From an uncultured Bacteriovoracaceae bacterium (GTDB taxonomy: Bacteria; Desulfobacterota; Desulfomonilia; UBA1062), in NCBI GenBank assembly GCA_964422755.1, contig CAYRCP010000002.1:1-50608 (forward strand): 50,608 nucleotides of DNA. Direction: 5' to 3'. Shown here piece by piece: positions 27,460 to 36,987 of this stretch (positions are counted from its first letter, which is position 1; each line of letters starts with the position of its first letter). The position numbers and the translations under genes are program-made. Below the pieces are notes generated by a model that worked only from the letters and a program-made list of their open reading frames with translations, was not told the DNA's origin and ran no database searches.

Positions 27460-28181
27460 TACATATCCCTCCGCGATCGAACCTTTGAACCAACCTCATC
27501 ACCCAAGAGCAACCGTCTAAGATTATCGGGGTCCTTGATATTGATTACCCGGACCAGAAGATCATTATCTCGACACAGGCTTATGGCTGTTGAATCCATC
27601 ACGCCCAGTTTCTCAGACAACACCTGATCGTAATCGAGTTCCGGATAGAACACTGCATCCGGAAATTTTACCGGGTCCTTGTCATATATACCATTGACCT
27701 TGGTCGCCTTGATAAGCACATCTGCCTGTATTTCCAGGGCACGAAGTGCTGCAGTGGTATCTGTTGTGAAAAACGGGCACCCTGTACCGCCTGCGAAGAT
27801 AACCGCTTGGCCTTTATCAAGATAATCTATTGCCTTGGAGGCGACGAACGTTTCCACAACCCGTGGTATGCCTAGAGCACTCAATACCTGAACAGGTCTC
27901 CCCATTTTCTCCAGGGTTCCCTTTAAAGCAAGTGCATTCATGATGGTGGCAAGCATCCCCATCTGGTCCGAACTTACCCTGTCGGATGCAATCTTTGCAT
28001 TCATGCCGCGGAAGATATTTCCACCACCGATGACAACGCCCACCTGAACACCCATATCGATAGCATCGATGACATTCGATGCTATCGCCTCAAGGGTTTC
28101 CGGATCAAATCCGTACCCTCTTTCCCCGGCCAGAGCCTCACCGCTGAGTTTGAGGAGGATACGCTTATAGATGTTTCCCAC
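27459..28181 (-). CDS. pyrH: UMP kinase
   Basis: KRILLKLSGEAL and GGGNIFRG. The start is set at the in-frame GTG 6 nt after the tsf stop, giving 240 aa. The outermost ATG at 28235 would overlap tsf by 49 nt. Confidence 0.92.
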   Translation of the reverse strand: MGNIYKRILLKLSGEALAGERGYGFDPETLEAIASNVIDAIDMGVQVGVVIGGGNIFRGMNAKIASDRVSSDQMGMLATIMNALALKGTLEKMGRPVQVLSALGIPRVVETFVASKAIDYLDKGQAVIFAGGTGCPFFTTDTTAALRALEIQADVLIKATKVNGIYDKDPVKFPDAVFYPELDYDQVLSEKLGVMDSTAISLCRDNDLLVRVINIKDPDNLRRLLLGDEVGSKVRSRRDM

Positions 28182-28186
28182 GTTTA

Positions 28187-28798
28187 TTAGAGCTCTTCTC
28201 CCAACTGATACCTGGCAAACCGGCGTATGACGCACTTTTCTCCTGTTTTGCCCATCAGTTCATCCAGCAGTTGCTGTATTGTCTTATCCGAATCCTTTAC
28301 AAAAGGCTGATCCAGAAGACAGCGCTGCGTGAAGAATTTCGAAATTTTCCCCTCGACGATCTTGTCAATAATTTTCTCAGGCTTGCCTGATTTCAGCGCC
28401 TGTTCCTTTAAAATCTCTTTTTCCTTGTCCAGCACATCTGCAGGAACCTCATCTCTTGATACCCAGTCAGGACTTGCAGCTGCAATATGCATGGATACAT
28501 CCTTGACAAAATTGACAAAATTATCAGCTTTGGCGACAAAGTCACTTTCACAATTTATTTCTACGAGAACTCCGATTTTGCCGCCCATATGAATATATGA
28601 TGCGACAGAACCCTGGGAGGTCTGTCTTCCCGAACGCTTATTGGCTACCTCAACACCCTTTTTCCGCAGAAAGTCCACAGCCTTGTTAAAATCGCCGCCA
28701 CATTCCTTGAGGGCCTTTTTACAATCCATAATTCCAACGCCGGTCTTGTCTCTGAGTTTTTTTACATCTTCTGATGATATCTGCACTTTTCCCTCCAT
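28187..28798 (-). CDS. tsf: Elongation factor Ts (short form)
   Basis: UBA-like N-terminus VKKLRDKTGVGIMDCKKAL, in the rpsB-tsf-pyrH-frr order. Confidence 0.93.
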   Translation of the reverse strand: MEGKVQISSEDVKKLRDKTGVGIMDCKKALKECGGDFNKAVDFLRKKGVEVANKRSGRQTSQGSVASYIHMGGKIGVLVEINCESDFVAKADNFVNFVKDVSMHIAAASPDWVSRDEVPADVLDKEKEILKEQALKSGKPEKIIDKIVEGKISKFFTQRCLLDQPFVKDSDKTIQQLLDELMGKTGEKCVIRRFARYQLGEEL

Positions 28799-28804
28799 TG
28801 TTTG

Positions 28805-29710
28805 TTACACATTCTCTTCTTCGTCGAGTTGTTTTTCGGCTGTATTCACGGTCTCATCAGACTTCTCAGTCTCGGGCTTTGCCTGAACTTCATTCTCTTT
28901 CACAATGATCTCGATCTCACCCTCGAGTCCTTTGCCCATGGTCTCGCCGGCAGCTGCTTCCTCATGACCCGCAGCCCCTTCAGTTGCTGCTTCGGCTTCC
29001 TTTGCCTCGCTCTGAAGTTTCTCTACATAAAGAGCGTTCCCCTGTTCCGTGGCATCAGCCACCTTGGAACTGAACAATCTGATCGCCCTGATGGCATCAT
29101 CGTTGCCCGGAATAACATAGTCAATTAATGTCGGGTCACAATTTGAATCAACGATTGCCACAATGGGGATGCCCAGCTTCCTCGCCTCTTTAATAGCGAT
29201 ATGCTCCCGGGAGGGGTCTACGATGTAGACAAGATCGGGATGATTTTCCATATTTTTGATACCATGAAGAGAGCGTTCCAGCTTCATCTTATGCCTCTTC
29301 ATGCTGATCTGCTCTTTCTTCGGGTAGTCCTCTATGGTCCCGTTATCAATAATCGTCTCCAGCCATTTTAATTTATCGACGCTCTTCTTGATTGTCTCGA
29401 AATTCGTCAGCGTCCCGCCAAGCCAGCGATAATTTACATAGAATGCACCGACCCTTGATGCCTCTTCTTCGATTGCATCCTGTGCCTGTTTCTTCGTACC
29501 GACAAAGAGCACCTTGCCGCCGTTTGCAGTGACCTCTTTAATAAAGTCGCAGGCCTTCTCAAAAAGCTTTTCCGTCTTCTGCAGATCAATGATATGGATC
29601 CCGTTTCTTGATCCGAAGATATACGGCTTCATCTTGGGATTCCATCTCGGTGTCTGGTGTCCGAAATGCACCCCTGCCTCTAAAAGCTGTTTCATGGTTA
29701 CTACTGACAT
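28805..29710 (-). CDS. rpsB: 30S ribosomal protein S2 with an acidic C-terminal extension of about 60-70 aa
   Basis: [22 protein letters not shown]. The start is set at MSVVT, with AAGGAGGAAG 5 nt upstream. The tail is [17 protein letters not shown]...[10 protein letters not shown]. Confidence 0.95.
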   Translation of the reverse strand: MSVVTMKQLLEAGVHFGHQTPRWNPKMKPYIFGSRNGIHIIDLQKTEKLFEKACDFIKEVTANGGKVLFVGTKKQAQDAIEEEASRVGAFYVNYRWLGGTLTNFETIKKSVDKLKWLETIIDNGTIEDYPKKEQISMKRHKMKLERSLHGIKNMENHPDLVYIVDPSREHIAIKEARKLGIPIVAIVDSNCDPTLIDYVIPGNDDAIRAIRLFSSKVADATEQGNALYVEKLQSEAKEAEAATEGAAGHEEAAAGETMGKGLEGEIEIIVKENEVQAKPETEKSDETVNTAEKQLDEEENV

Positions 29711-29741
29711 TATACTTCCTCCTTGGTTTTTCCTCCGTCCC

Positions 29742-29776
29742 ACAAGATCCATCCCTAAGGGACACCACGATCTTGT
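29742..29776 (-). promoter_or_regulatory. Stem-loop in the rpsB 5' leader
   Basis: Read on the coding strand it is ACAAGATC-N19-GATCTTGT (8 bp, perfect), about 25 nt upstream of the SD. Confidence 0.35.
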
Positions 29777-29881
29777 CTGTTATGCAGGACGTGTGTTTTG
29801 TTTGGTGAGGCCTTTATCACACAAGACTCATGGTTTCAACATATTAATGAATAAATATAATTTCCCCGCCAGCAAACTGTG

Positions 29882-30439
29882 TTACCTGAAAAGAGGAGCG
29901 AGCTTCTTGAACAGGAGTGTGCCTGCCTTTTCAAGGAACATGAAGGCCAACATCTCGGTCGATACGATTACGGCCCCGGCCTTTTCCAGTGCAGCAAGGG
30001 CAGTCAGTCGATCGTGCTCGCGCCGGCTGCACACAGCATCGCTTATTACCACGGTGCGGTATCCTGCCGTGAGGAGGTCCAGTACGGTCTGATACACGCA
30101 TACATGTGCCTCGATTCCCATCACAATCACTGTTTTCCCGGCTTTCTTCTCCAGCTCAGCCCGTAAAAACTGATCTTTAAAGCAGCTGAAATTGAGCTTC
30201 TCGAACCTGGGCAGATGCTGGACGATGCTCTCTATTTCATCTACGGTCTTTCCGAGACCCTGCGGGTACTGCTCGGATACAAGAATGGGGATATCAAAGG
30301 ACTTTGCCACCTCGAGCATAATTGCACTGTTCTTTAAAAACGTCTCCTTGAAATCCTGTTGCATTGCACTATACAGCTTTTGCTGGATATCGATACTCAG
30401 CAGCAGACAATCCTCAGCCCGCAACACATATCTGTTCAT
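29882..30439 (-). CDS. Isochorismatase-family cysteine hydrolase
   Basis: VIVMGIEAHVCVYQTVLDL contains the catalytic Cys context. Length is 185 aa. Confidence 0.85.
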   Translation of the reverse strand: MNRYVLRAEDCLLLSIDIQQKLYSAMQQDFKETFLKNSAIMLEVAKSFDIPILVSEQYPQGLGKTVDEIESIVQHLPRFEKLNFSCFKDQFLRAELEKKAGKTVIVMGIEAHVCVYQTVLDLLTAGYRTVVISDAVCSRREHDRLTALAALEKAGAVIVSTEMLAFMFLEKAGTLLFKKLAPLFR

Positions 30440-30449
30440 GTCATCCCCC

Positions 30450-31124
30450 TTAGAATATCAATGGATAGATCGCAGCATACACCACGGCAGGGCTCAGATT
30501 CCCGACACGTATCTTCTTGATATCCAGGAGATTAAAACCGATCCCGAGTATAATCATACCCCCTGTTGCGGTTATACAGGCCAGCACATCGGGCTGTTGC
30601 AGGAAAGCAAGGTGCGAAGACAGAATCGTGAGACTCCCCTGTACAATGAATACGGAAAGTGCGGAAAAAAGCACACCCACGCCAAGCGTCGAAGCAAGGG
30701 CAACAGAGGCAACCCCGTCGAGCAATGATTTCAGGTACAATGTGCTCGCATCACCTATGGTTCCATCCTGAATACACCCCACAATGGTCATGGCTCCGGT
30801 AATATACAATATCGTTGCAGTGACAAACCCCTGCACAAAGGTGGCTGAATCAGACTTGAACCTTTCCTTGAGATGCAGCCCCAGCCATGCAAGACCGTCT
30901 TCTATGCGTAGCAGCTCACCGGTAATCCCCCCCAGGAGCAGGCATGCTACCGCAGGGATAAGGTCGAAACCGGACAATGCCATCTTCAGACCTATGACCA
31001 GAACAGACAGGCCGAGGGCCTGCATGAGGATACCCTTTATCCCCGGGGAGATGCGATTGCCGGCAGACAATCCCACTGCAGAGCCGATGATTATCGCCGC
31101 CGTATTTACGAGTGTACCTGTCAT
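30450..31124 (-). CDS. DUF554-family (YdfK/YqgA-like) membrane protein
   Basis: The N-terminus MTGTLVNTAAIIIGSAVGL...LMQALGLSVLVIGLKMAL is characteristic of DUF554. This is a family assignment from memory. Confidence 0.75.
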   Translation of the reverse strand: MTGTLVNTAAIIIGSAVGLSAGNRISPGIKGILMQALGLSVLVIGLKMALSGFDLIPAVACLLLGGITGELLRIEDGLAWLGLHLKERFKSDSATFVQGFVTATILYITGAMTIVGCIQDGTIGDASTLYLKSLLDGVASVALASTLGVGVLFSALSVFIVQGSLTILSSHLAFLQQPDVLACITATGGMIILGIGFNLLDIKKIRVGNLSPAVVYAAIYPLIF

Positions 31125-31159
31125 GTACCTGCCTTTCTGCTTATGTCATGGTTGTCAAT

Positions 31160-31188
31160 CAAAGTTGATAACTACCCAATCAACTTTG
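31160..31188. promoter_or_regulatory. Candidate ArsR/SmtB operator in a divergent promoter region
   Basis: Perfect 10-bp inverted repeat CAAAGTTGAT-N9-ATCAACTTTG between the DUF554 gene (-) and the arsR-family gene (+). Confidence 0.45.
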
Positions 31189-31254
31189 CCAGGTCAATGC
31201 TTAAGAATGGATGCCCGAAAAATTCGGCAGAAAGCTGGTTGACATCATGATAAA

Positions 31255-31629
31255 ATGGACTTAGACTATAAAATGATGAATGATCCATTCCAATTGGATT
31301 CCTCCATTCATGCCGATATCGTAAACAATGTCCGGAAACTCATGCCCGATGATGACCGCGTTCTGAACCAACTCGCTGATTTTTTTAAACTCTTTGGCGA
31401 CTCAACCAGGTTAAAGATACTCTTTGCCCTGGGTGCGTCTGAATTGTGTGTCGGTGACATAGCGGCACTGCTCAGTATGAAACATTCCGCGATCTCCCAC
31501 CAGCTCAGGATTCTGCGCCAGGCACGTCTGATAAAATCCAGAAAAGAGGGCAAACTTGTCTTCTACTCGCTCAATAACAAACACATCAAACCCGTACTCG
31601 CACAGGGATTTGAGCACATAACGGAATAA
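31255..31629 (+). CDS. ArsR/SmtB-family transcriptional regulator
   Basis: LFKLFGDSTRLKILFAL...ELCVGDIAALLSMKHSAISHQLRILRQARLI...GKLVFYSL. Confidence 0.9.
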   Translation: MDLDYKMMNDPFQLDSSIHADIVNNVRKLMPDDDRVLNQLADFFKLFGDSTRLKILFALGASELCVGDIAALLSMKHSAISHQLRILRQARLIKSRKEGKLVFYSLNNKHIKPVLAQGFEHITE

Positions 31630-31742
31630 GACATCTCCCCCGGGACCGGATAAAAAAAGACGGCATGCATACCTTTTTGGGCATGATACACAATAATCTG
31701 TTACCAGCTGCTTGATTTATCAGACACTTCTGCCGAAACATA

Positions 31743-32924
31743 TTGTATTACAATAAATTTGATATTAAGGCAGGTCTCTTAAGCTTGAGGTTTAACATAA
31801 TTCCGGAAGACGATATTGATCAGGCACTGAGAATACGTCGGTTCTTCATGGCATGTGCATCCTATGTGATGTGGATGATCTTTGTTTTTTACTGCTTTGT
31901 CCAGGGATTTTTCCGTATGACTTTGGGCGGAACCCTTACCTTGTATGCCTTTGTGGTATCGTTTAATCTCGCCGTGTTTATTATTCTTCGCAGCGGCTTC
32001 AATAAACGATTCAAAGATCCGAGCTTCACCATGCTCCAGATGTTACTGGCTACGTTCAGCGTCATCGTTGTCGCCTACTTCACAGATGATATTCGGGGAA
32101 TGCTTCTGCTGCTCTATCTTGTGGTGTTTATTTTCGGGGTGTTTCGTCTCCAGCTCCGACAATTCTTTGTAATGGCGCTGTTTGCATTGACCGGGTACGG
32201 GTATGTAATCATATTGCTGCTTGCACATCATCCCGACAGCATCGATCTCCGTATCGAGTTACTGCAATTGGTTGTGCTCGCGTCTGTTCTGGCATGGTTT
32301 TCTTTTATTGGAAGTTATATAAATCACCTCAGAGAGAAGCTCGTGAAGAGCAACATCGAACTGAGCAACGCTAACGAAATCATAAGACACTTAGCGATCA
32401 CCGATGAACTGACACAGGTATATAACCGTCGCCAGATGATCAGGCTCCTCCAGAGAGAGAAGGCCCTGGCAGATAGAGGTGGACCTTCTTTTTCACTGTG
32501 CATCCTTGACCTGGACGATTTCAAGCGGGTGAATGATACCTACGGGCACTTGATGGGAGACATGGTGCTGAAAACCGTGGTTCAGGCCATAAAAGACAAC
32601 GTGCGCGAACAGGACTATATCGCCCGTTACGGAGGAGAGGAGTTTGTCGTTGTCCTTGCCTACCCTGATCTTGACGATGCACTTATCTGTGCTCGCAGGA
32701 TCAAAGAGATCACATCAAACCTGATCTTTTCCGGGCTGCCTGAAGATTTCCGGGTGACTATCTCCGTGGGAGTATCCAAATACCAGCCTGTTGAATCCAT
32801 CGATGCACTCATCGGAAGGGCAGATGCTGCACTGTATCGTGCAAAACTTTACGGCAAGAACAGGATCGAGATGCAAGATCTCTCACTTATCAAACAGGAT
32901 CATCTTGAACGTCCTCCCGGATGA
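31743..32924 (+). CDS. Membrane-anchored diguanylate cyclase (5-6 TM + GGDEF)
   Basis: Active site RYGGEEF. An I-site REQD lies five residues upstream. The N-terminal half is hydrophobic. The outermost start is TTG, so the start is uncertain. Confidence 0.88.
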   Translation: MYYNKFDIKAGLLSLRFNIIPEDDIDQALRIRRFFMACASYVMWMIFVFYCFVQGFFRMTLGGTLTLYAFVVSFNLAVFIILRSGFNKRFKDPSFTMLQMLLATFSVIVVAYFTDDIRGMLLLLYLVVFIFGVFRLQLRQFFVMALFALTGYGYVIILLLAHHPDSIDLRIELLQLVVLASVLAWFSFIGSYINHLREKLVKSNIELSNANEIIRHLAITDELTQVYNRRQMIRLLQREKALADRGGPSFSLCILDLDDFKRVNDTYGHLMGDMVLKTVVQAIKDNVREQDYIARYGGEEFVVVLAYPDLDDALICARRIKEITSNLIFSGLPEDFRVTISVGVSKYQPVESIDALIGRADAALYRAKLYGKNRIEMQDLSLIKQDHLERPPG

Positions 32925-33091
32925 TCATTCCTGATGCCAATGCAGATTCAAGGCGCCACGCCACACTATCCGTATATCCAAACCTCATTGCCCAAAAATG
33001 CTCACGATATGATTGCTTTTTGGGTGCTCTGATATCAGGGCCATGTATCCGCGAAAAGAAGTTCGCTGCGGGCTCATCTCATAAGGACACT

Positions 33092-33751
33092 TCAGGTATG
33101 TTCCAGAAGGTCTGTCAGATCCAGCGGGTCGGACAGCAGATCGAGAGCCCCGCCCGATATGAGCCTGTCCCTGTCCTGATATCCCCATAATACCCCCACA
33201 GGCCTCATACCGGCACGCACAGCTGTTTGCATATCGATATTCGAGTCACCGACAAAGATACACTGCTTTGGTTCTACATGCATTTTATCTGCGATAGCCA
33301 ATGCCCCTGCAGGATCGGGTTTCCTCGGGATATCATTACTCAACCCGACAACTCCATGAAATTGCCAGGCGCCCAATAATGCCTTTACCATCTCTTTGGT
33401 AAACGCATCGAGCTTGTTTGACAAAATCGACATTTTCACGCCCTGCACCGTGAGGCGATCAAGAAGTTCAGGTATGTTCCTGAAAGGTCTTGACTTATGC
33501 GCCCAGCGCTGACCGTACTCTTTCCTCATCTCTTCACTACACGCTGATAAGGTGCGTTCATCACGCATTGCCTCGGGCAGGGACCTTTTCACCAGCACAT
33601 CAAGTCCGTCGCCGATAAAGGTCTTATACTCATCCACGCTGTGCCCTCTACAGCCGAGATTCGCCAGTACTGCATTCATGGAATCCACGATATCCACAAT
33701 CGTATCGAGGAGCGTGCCGTCCAGATCAAATATTACAGCTTTATAGTACAT
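33092..33751 (-). CDS. HAD-IA hydrolase (phosphoglycolate phosphatase-like)
   Basis: Motif I VIFDLDGTLLDT, motif II ILSNK and motif IV VGDSNIDMQTA. Confidence 0.88.
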   Translation of the reverse strand: MYYKAVIFDLDGTLLDTIVDIVDSMNAVLANLGCRGHSVDEYKTFIGDGLDVLVKRSLPEAMRDERTLSACSEEMRKEYGQRWAHKSRPFRNIPELLDRLTVQGVKMSILSNKLDAFTKEMVKALLGAWQFHGVVGLSNDIPRKPDPAGALAIADKMHVEPKQCIFVGDSNIDMQTAVRAGMRPVGVLWGYQDRDRLISGGALDLLSDPLDLTDLLEHT

Positions 33752-33894
33752 TGTTTTTTATCGTTACCTCTCCATCTCTTGATCTTTTTTATGGAACATA
33801 ACTTCTCTCATCACTATACTATCTAAACCGGGCCTCATAAATACCGATAACATCCTCCCTGCTCATCTAACCTGAAAAAGCCCTCCCATGAACC

Positions 33895-33990
33895 CCCGAG
33901 ACAAGCCCGAGACACTTTTTCTTACCCCCCGAAAAAACCAGCGGGAACCTCGTGCAAGGTCTGAAGACGAACGCCGGGACAGACGCAAAG
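33895..33990. repeat. Family-2 degenerate intergenic repeat copy
   Basis: CCCGAGACAAGCCCGAGACACTTTTTCTTACCCCCCGAAAAAACCAGCGGGAACCTCG is collinear with 38515-38575 at roughly 70 percent identity by eye, and in part with 19753-19787. Confidence 0.5.
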
Positions 33991-34054
33991 ACGCATTGAG
34001 CCATGGAGCAAGGGCGGCACGAGTATGTATGCTGCCCCTGCCTGCTGCCGGTAT

Positions 34055-35425
34055 TTATTCGAATGTCTTGTGCTTCATCATGGCCTGCGCCATGTGCACC
34101 GAACCTTCGATGGTATGGGAAACGGGAACACCATTAATCTCAAACCCCTCGATGAGCATTCGATATTTCTCCAGCCGCGGCACATACACGATCATGGGTT
34201 TGCCTGACTGCCTGCTGACAATACTCAAGCGGGCGCCGAGGTCAGAGGTGATGCCCGGCGCATAGGGAAGAAGGAGTATGAGCAGGCATTCTATGTGTTC
34301 CAACTGGCTCAATGCCCGTGCAGCTTCGACAAAATCATCGTCTGTGGAACTGCCGGTAAGGTCCACCGGATTGCTGCAGGAAGCGATATTGGTAATAGCA
34401 GGACGCAGCTGTTTTTTAATGAGGTTCTGTTCAAAATCAGACAGTGCCGGGACCGTGAGACCGAACTGCTCGCAGAGATCAATGGCCAGGGCACCATGCC
34501 CACCGCTTAACGTGACAATGCTTACCTTTCCTTTTATGGACTTCTGGAATGTACCCAGGGACTTGCAGAAATACATGAGTTCTGTCTGATCCATTGCTTC
34601 CACTATACCGTTTTGCGAAAGCAGAGATGAGAAGACCCGGTAGTCACCGGCAAGAGAGGCAGTGTGGCTGGATACAGCTTTAATGCCGCCGGCGCTTTTG
34701 CCTGCCTTCAGGACGATTACCGGCTTTTTACACTTCCTTGCCTTGTATATAAATTCTCGGCCTTCATCATTCTGAAATCCCTCCACATAAAAACAGATGA
34801 CCTTGGTCTGTTCATTTTCTTCAAGGTAGTCAAACAGCTCAACCTCACGAATAAAAGCCTTGTTTCCAATACTCACGGCAACCGAAAGGCCTATGCCTTC
34901 TACGGAAAATCCGATCATCTGATCCACCAGCAGGCCTCCGCTCTGGCTTACAACAGCCACGTTCCCTTTGGCCGGCACGGTCATCCTCTCAGGGGCAATG
35001 AAAAAACTGTCGAAATGCGTTGGAGAATAGAGTCCGAGACAGTTCGGCCCGATAAAGGGAAAGTCTGCCTCCCGCGCAATCGAGACAATGCGTTCCTGCA
35101 ACTGGGCATTGCCCACTTCGGCAAAGCCTCCGGATATGATCGCAGCCCCTTTAATACCCGCCTCGATGCAGTCCTGCATGATGCCGGGGACAACATCTGA
35201 TCTTGCGGAAATGACAGCAAGGTCGACCGGATGCGGGAGATCCTTGACACTGGAATAAGCCCTCTCACCTTTCAGAATCCCTGCCTTGGGATTCACCGGG
35301 AATGCTTCGACAGGATAGCGATACAGATTTTTGTAATAAATAATATTCGATGGGTGCATATCATTATGGAGAGATACGCCGATGACAGCTATTGATTCGG
35401 GTTCGAACAATGGTTTCAGGTTCAT
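34055..35425 (-). CDS. ADP-forming acetyl-CoA synthetase / succinyl-CoA-ligase-like alpha-type subunit (CoA-binding)
   Basis: CoA-binding ESIAVIGVS, SQSGG loop VAVVSQSGGL and phosphohistidine loop SSHTASLAGD. There is no ATP-grasp part in this ORF or adjacent to it. Confidence 0.85.
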   Translation of the reverse strand: MNLKPLFEPESIAVIGVSLHNDMHPSNIIYYKNLYRYPVEAFPVNPKAGILKGERAYSSVKDLPHPVDLAVISARSDVVPGIMQDCIEAGIKGAAIISGGFAEVGNAQLQERIVSIAREADFPFIGPNCLGLYSPTHFDSFFIAPERMTVPAKGNVAVVSQSGGLLVDQMIGFSVEGIGLSVAVSIGNKAFIREVELFDYLEENEQTKVICFYVEGFQNDEGREFIYKARKCKKPVIVLKAGKSAGGIKAVSSHTASLAGDYRVFSSLLSQNGIVEAMDQTELMYFCKSLGTFQKSIKGKVSIVTLSGGHGALAIDLCEQFGLTVPALSDFEQNLIKKQLRPAITNIASCSNPVDLTGSSTDDDFVEAARALSQLEHIECLLILLLPYAPGITSDLGARLSIVSRQSGKPMIVYVPRLEKYRMLIEGFEINGVPVSHTIEGSVHMAQAMMKHKTFE

Positions 35426-35573
35426 ATTTTCTCCCTTCTTCTGTAATTATTTTAAATTACATCATGCTGTAATAATGATACCGCTATGTAAACTACATAC
35501 TGCAGGGATATAATTACGTATCTGTATTAAGGATAACCACTGTTCCATTCTTTGCAAAGCAACATGCTCTGCG

Positions 35574-35762
35574 CTACCGGTCAGCCCGGTAGGATTCAAT
35601 CCAATAGCACTGTTTATGCCCCAAACTCTCGTATGACTCCCTTTCCTGTTGTGCCTGCGGCAATGTCTGCACGAGAGATATGATGAACCTGTGCCCGTTA
35701 TCATCCTGTCGCCATAACGCCCAGAGGTTCTTTCTGCTGTTCTGATTCTGATGCTTATCCAT
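35574..35762 (-). CDS. Small (62 aa) hypothetical protein, not called as such in the ORF track
   Basis: It uses an internal ATG of the 115-aa track ORF, with AAGGA 9 nt upstream, 26 nt after the trmO stop. The product is MDKHQNQNSRKNLWALWRQDDNGHRFIISLVQTLPQAQQERESYESLGHKQCYWIESYRADR. Confidence 0.5.
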   Translation of the reverse strand: MDKHQNQNSRKNLWALWRQDDNGHRFIISLVQTLPQAQQERESYESLGHKQCYWIESYRADR

Positions 35763-35787
35763 CGAGGATATCCTTAATATGAAAGGT

Positions 35788-36270
35788 TCAGCGAAACCTT
35801 TTATCTGATTTTGTATCATACACGGTATCATCACTCTCTGCAAGCCAGCCTGAGCGTGCTTCTTCCTGGTAATCGAACTCGGGAACGTATGGTTTAATGT
35901 CCAGCAGCGGTGTGCCGTCAAGGATGTCTACATTTACGATATGAATAATATTATTCTCGATGTATTCAAGCTCCACGATGGATATACCGATTGGATTGGG
36001 CCTGTTGGGGGCCCGTGTTGCAAATACACCATGAGCTTTGTTGTGGAGAAAAGGCTCCACGGTCAGGCTGCACGTACTGGATTTATGGAAATGATAGAGG
36101 AGTATGATATGGGAAAAACCGTCCAGGTCTTCGAGAGCCCTGGTATACTCAGGTAAAATCTCCACCATACCCTTGATGCCCTTTGCCCCGGGTGGCTGGA
36201 TGGGCATGCCTTCTTTGCTGTAAAATGGTGAATGAACTGTACCGATCGGCTGAAACGCTATGGTATCCAA
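35788..36270 (-). CDS. trmO: tRNA (t6A37) methyltransferase TrmO / TsaA-like
   Basis: IGTVHSPF...FSHIILLYHFH...GVFATRAPNRPNPIGISIVEL...LDGTPLLDIKPY. Confidence 0.88.
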   Translation of the reverse strand: MDTIAFQPIGTVHSPFYSKEGMPIQPPGAKGIKGMVEILPEYTRALEDLDGFSHIILLYHFHKSSTCSLTVEPFLHNKAHGVFATRAPNRPNPIGISIVELEYIENNIIHIVNVDILDGTPLLDIKPYVPEFDYQEEARSGWLAESDDTVYDTKSDKRFR

Positions 36271-36305
36271 TTTGTACCCCCTTAGATAGAGCGATCAGGC
36301 TTTTT

Positions 36306-36773
36306 TTATTCTCCCCTGATTTCTTTCAATATGACCTGGTAGATGTGAAAACTGGATGCGACACTATCGAGGATAGCCTCTTTTGAATACTTCGGACCTC
36401 TTCCTATGCCCGGACATTGCAGACAAACACTCGCCCATGTTTCTATTGATCGCATATTCTGGAACCAGAAGGGAAACGTCTTGCATTGAACAGGACGTAC
36501 CGGATAGATGGCACAACCGTTTTCAAAGAAAATGCATCTCCCGTCATCTGTTTCCCGTATACTGTAACTGTCCTGAAACGGATAGAGGCATCTCTCGACA
36601 AAGACTTCCCTATGCAGACCAACAAATTCAGCAATGGTTGTGATCTCCTGTTCATCGACATAGATAATACCCGACTCACCCGTGCAGCATAATCCGCACT
36701 TTTTGCACGCAAATTGAATACCGTCGTCGAAAAAATATTCCCTGCTTTTCAGGCCATCAATAAAAGCATCCAT
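36306..36773 (-). CDS. YkgJ-family (UPF0153) Cys-cluster protein
   Basis: CKKCGLCC motif, plus downstream CIFFENGCAIYPVRPVQCKTFPFW. Confidence 0.8.
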   Translation of the reverse strand: MDAFIDGLKSREYFFDDGIQFACKKCGLCCTGESGIIYVDEQEITTIAEFVGLHREVFVERCLYPFQDSYSIRETDDGRCIFFENGCAIYPVRPVQCKTFPFWFQNMRSIETWASVCLQCPGIGRGPKYSKEAILDSVASSFHIYQVILKEIRGE

Positions 36774-36987
36774 ACATGTACCACCTTGTCGTCACTCTTA
36801 TACATACACATCATTATTGGTCAAGAACGCAATGATTGAACCGTGATAATTCTTCAGCCCTGTTGTATCACTCACCTCACTGCGGAATCTTTCAATCCGG
36901 TCTCGCTTTAGACTGATAAAAAAAGACTTGCCATTTGCGCATATTTTGTATACCACGCTTGCAGTTTACCAAGAAAGGAGAGCAACT

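Noticed and set aside
35426-35787. The 360-nt gap upstream of the ACS-alpha gene, considered as a riboswitch or other known cis-regulatory RNA.
   Set aside because: I could not match B12, TPP, SAM, c-di-GMP-I, glycine or purine riboswitch cores. Half of the gap is better explained by the SD-led 62-aa ORF.
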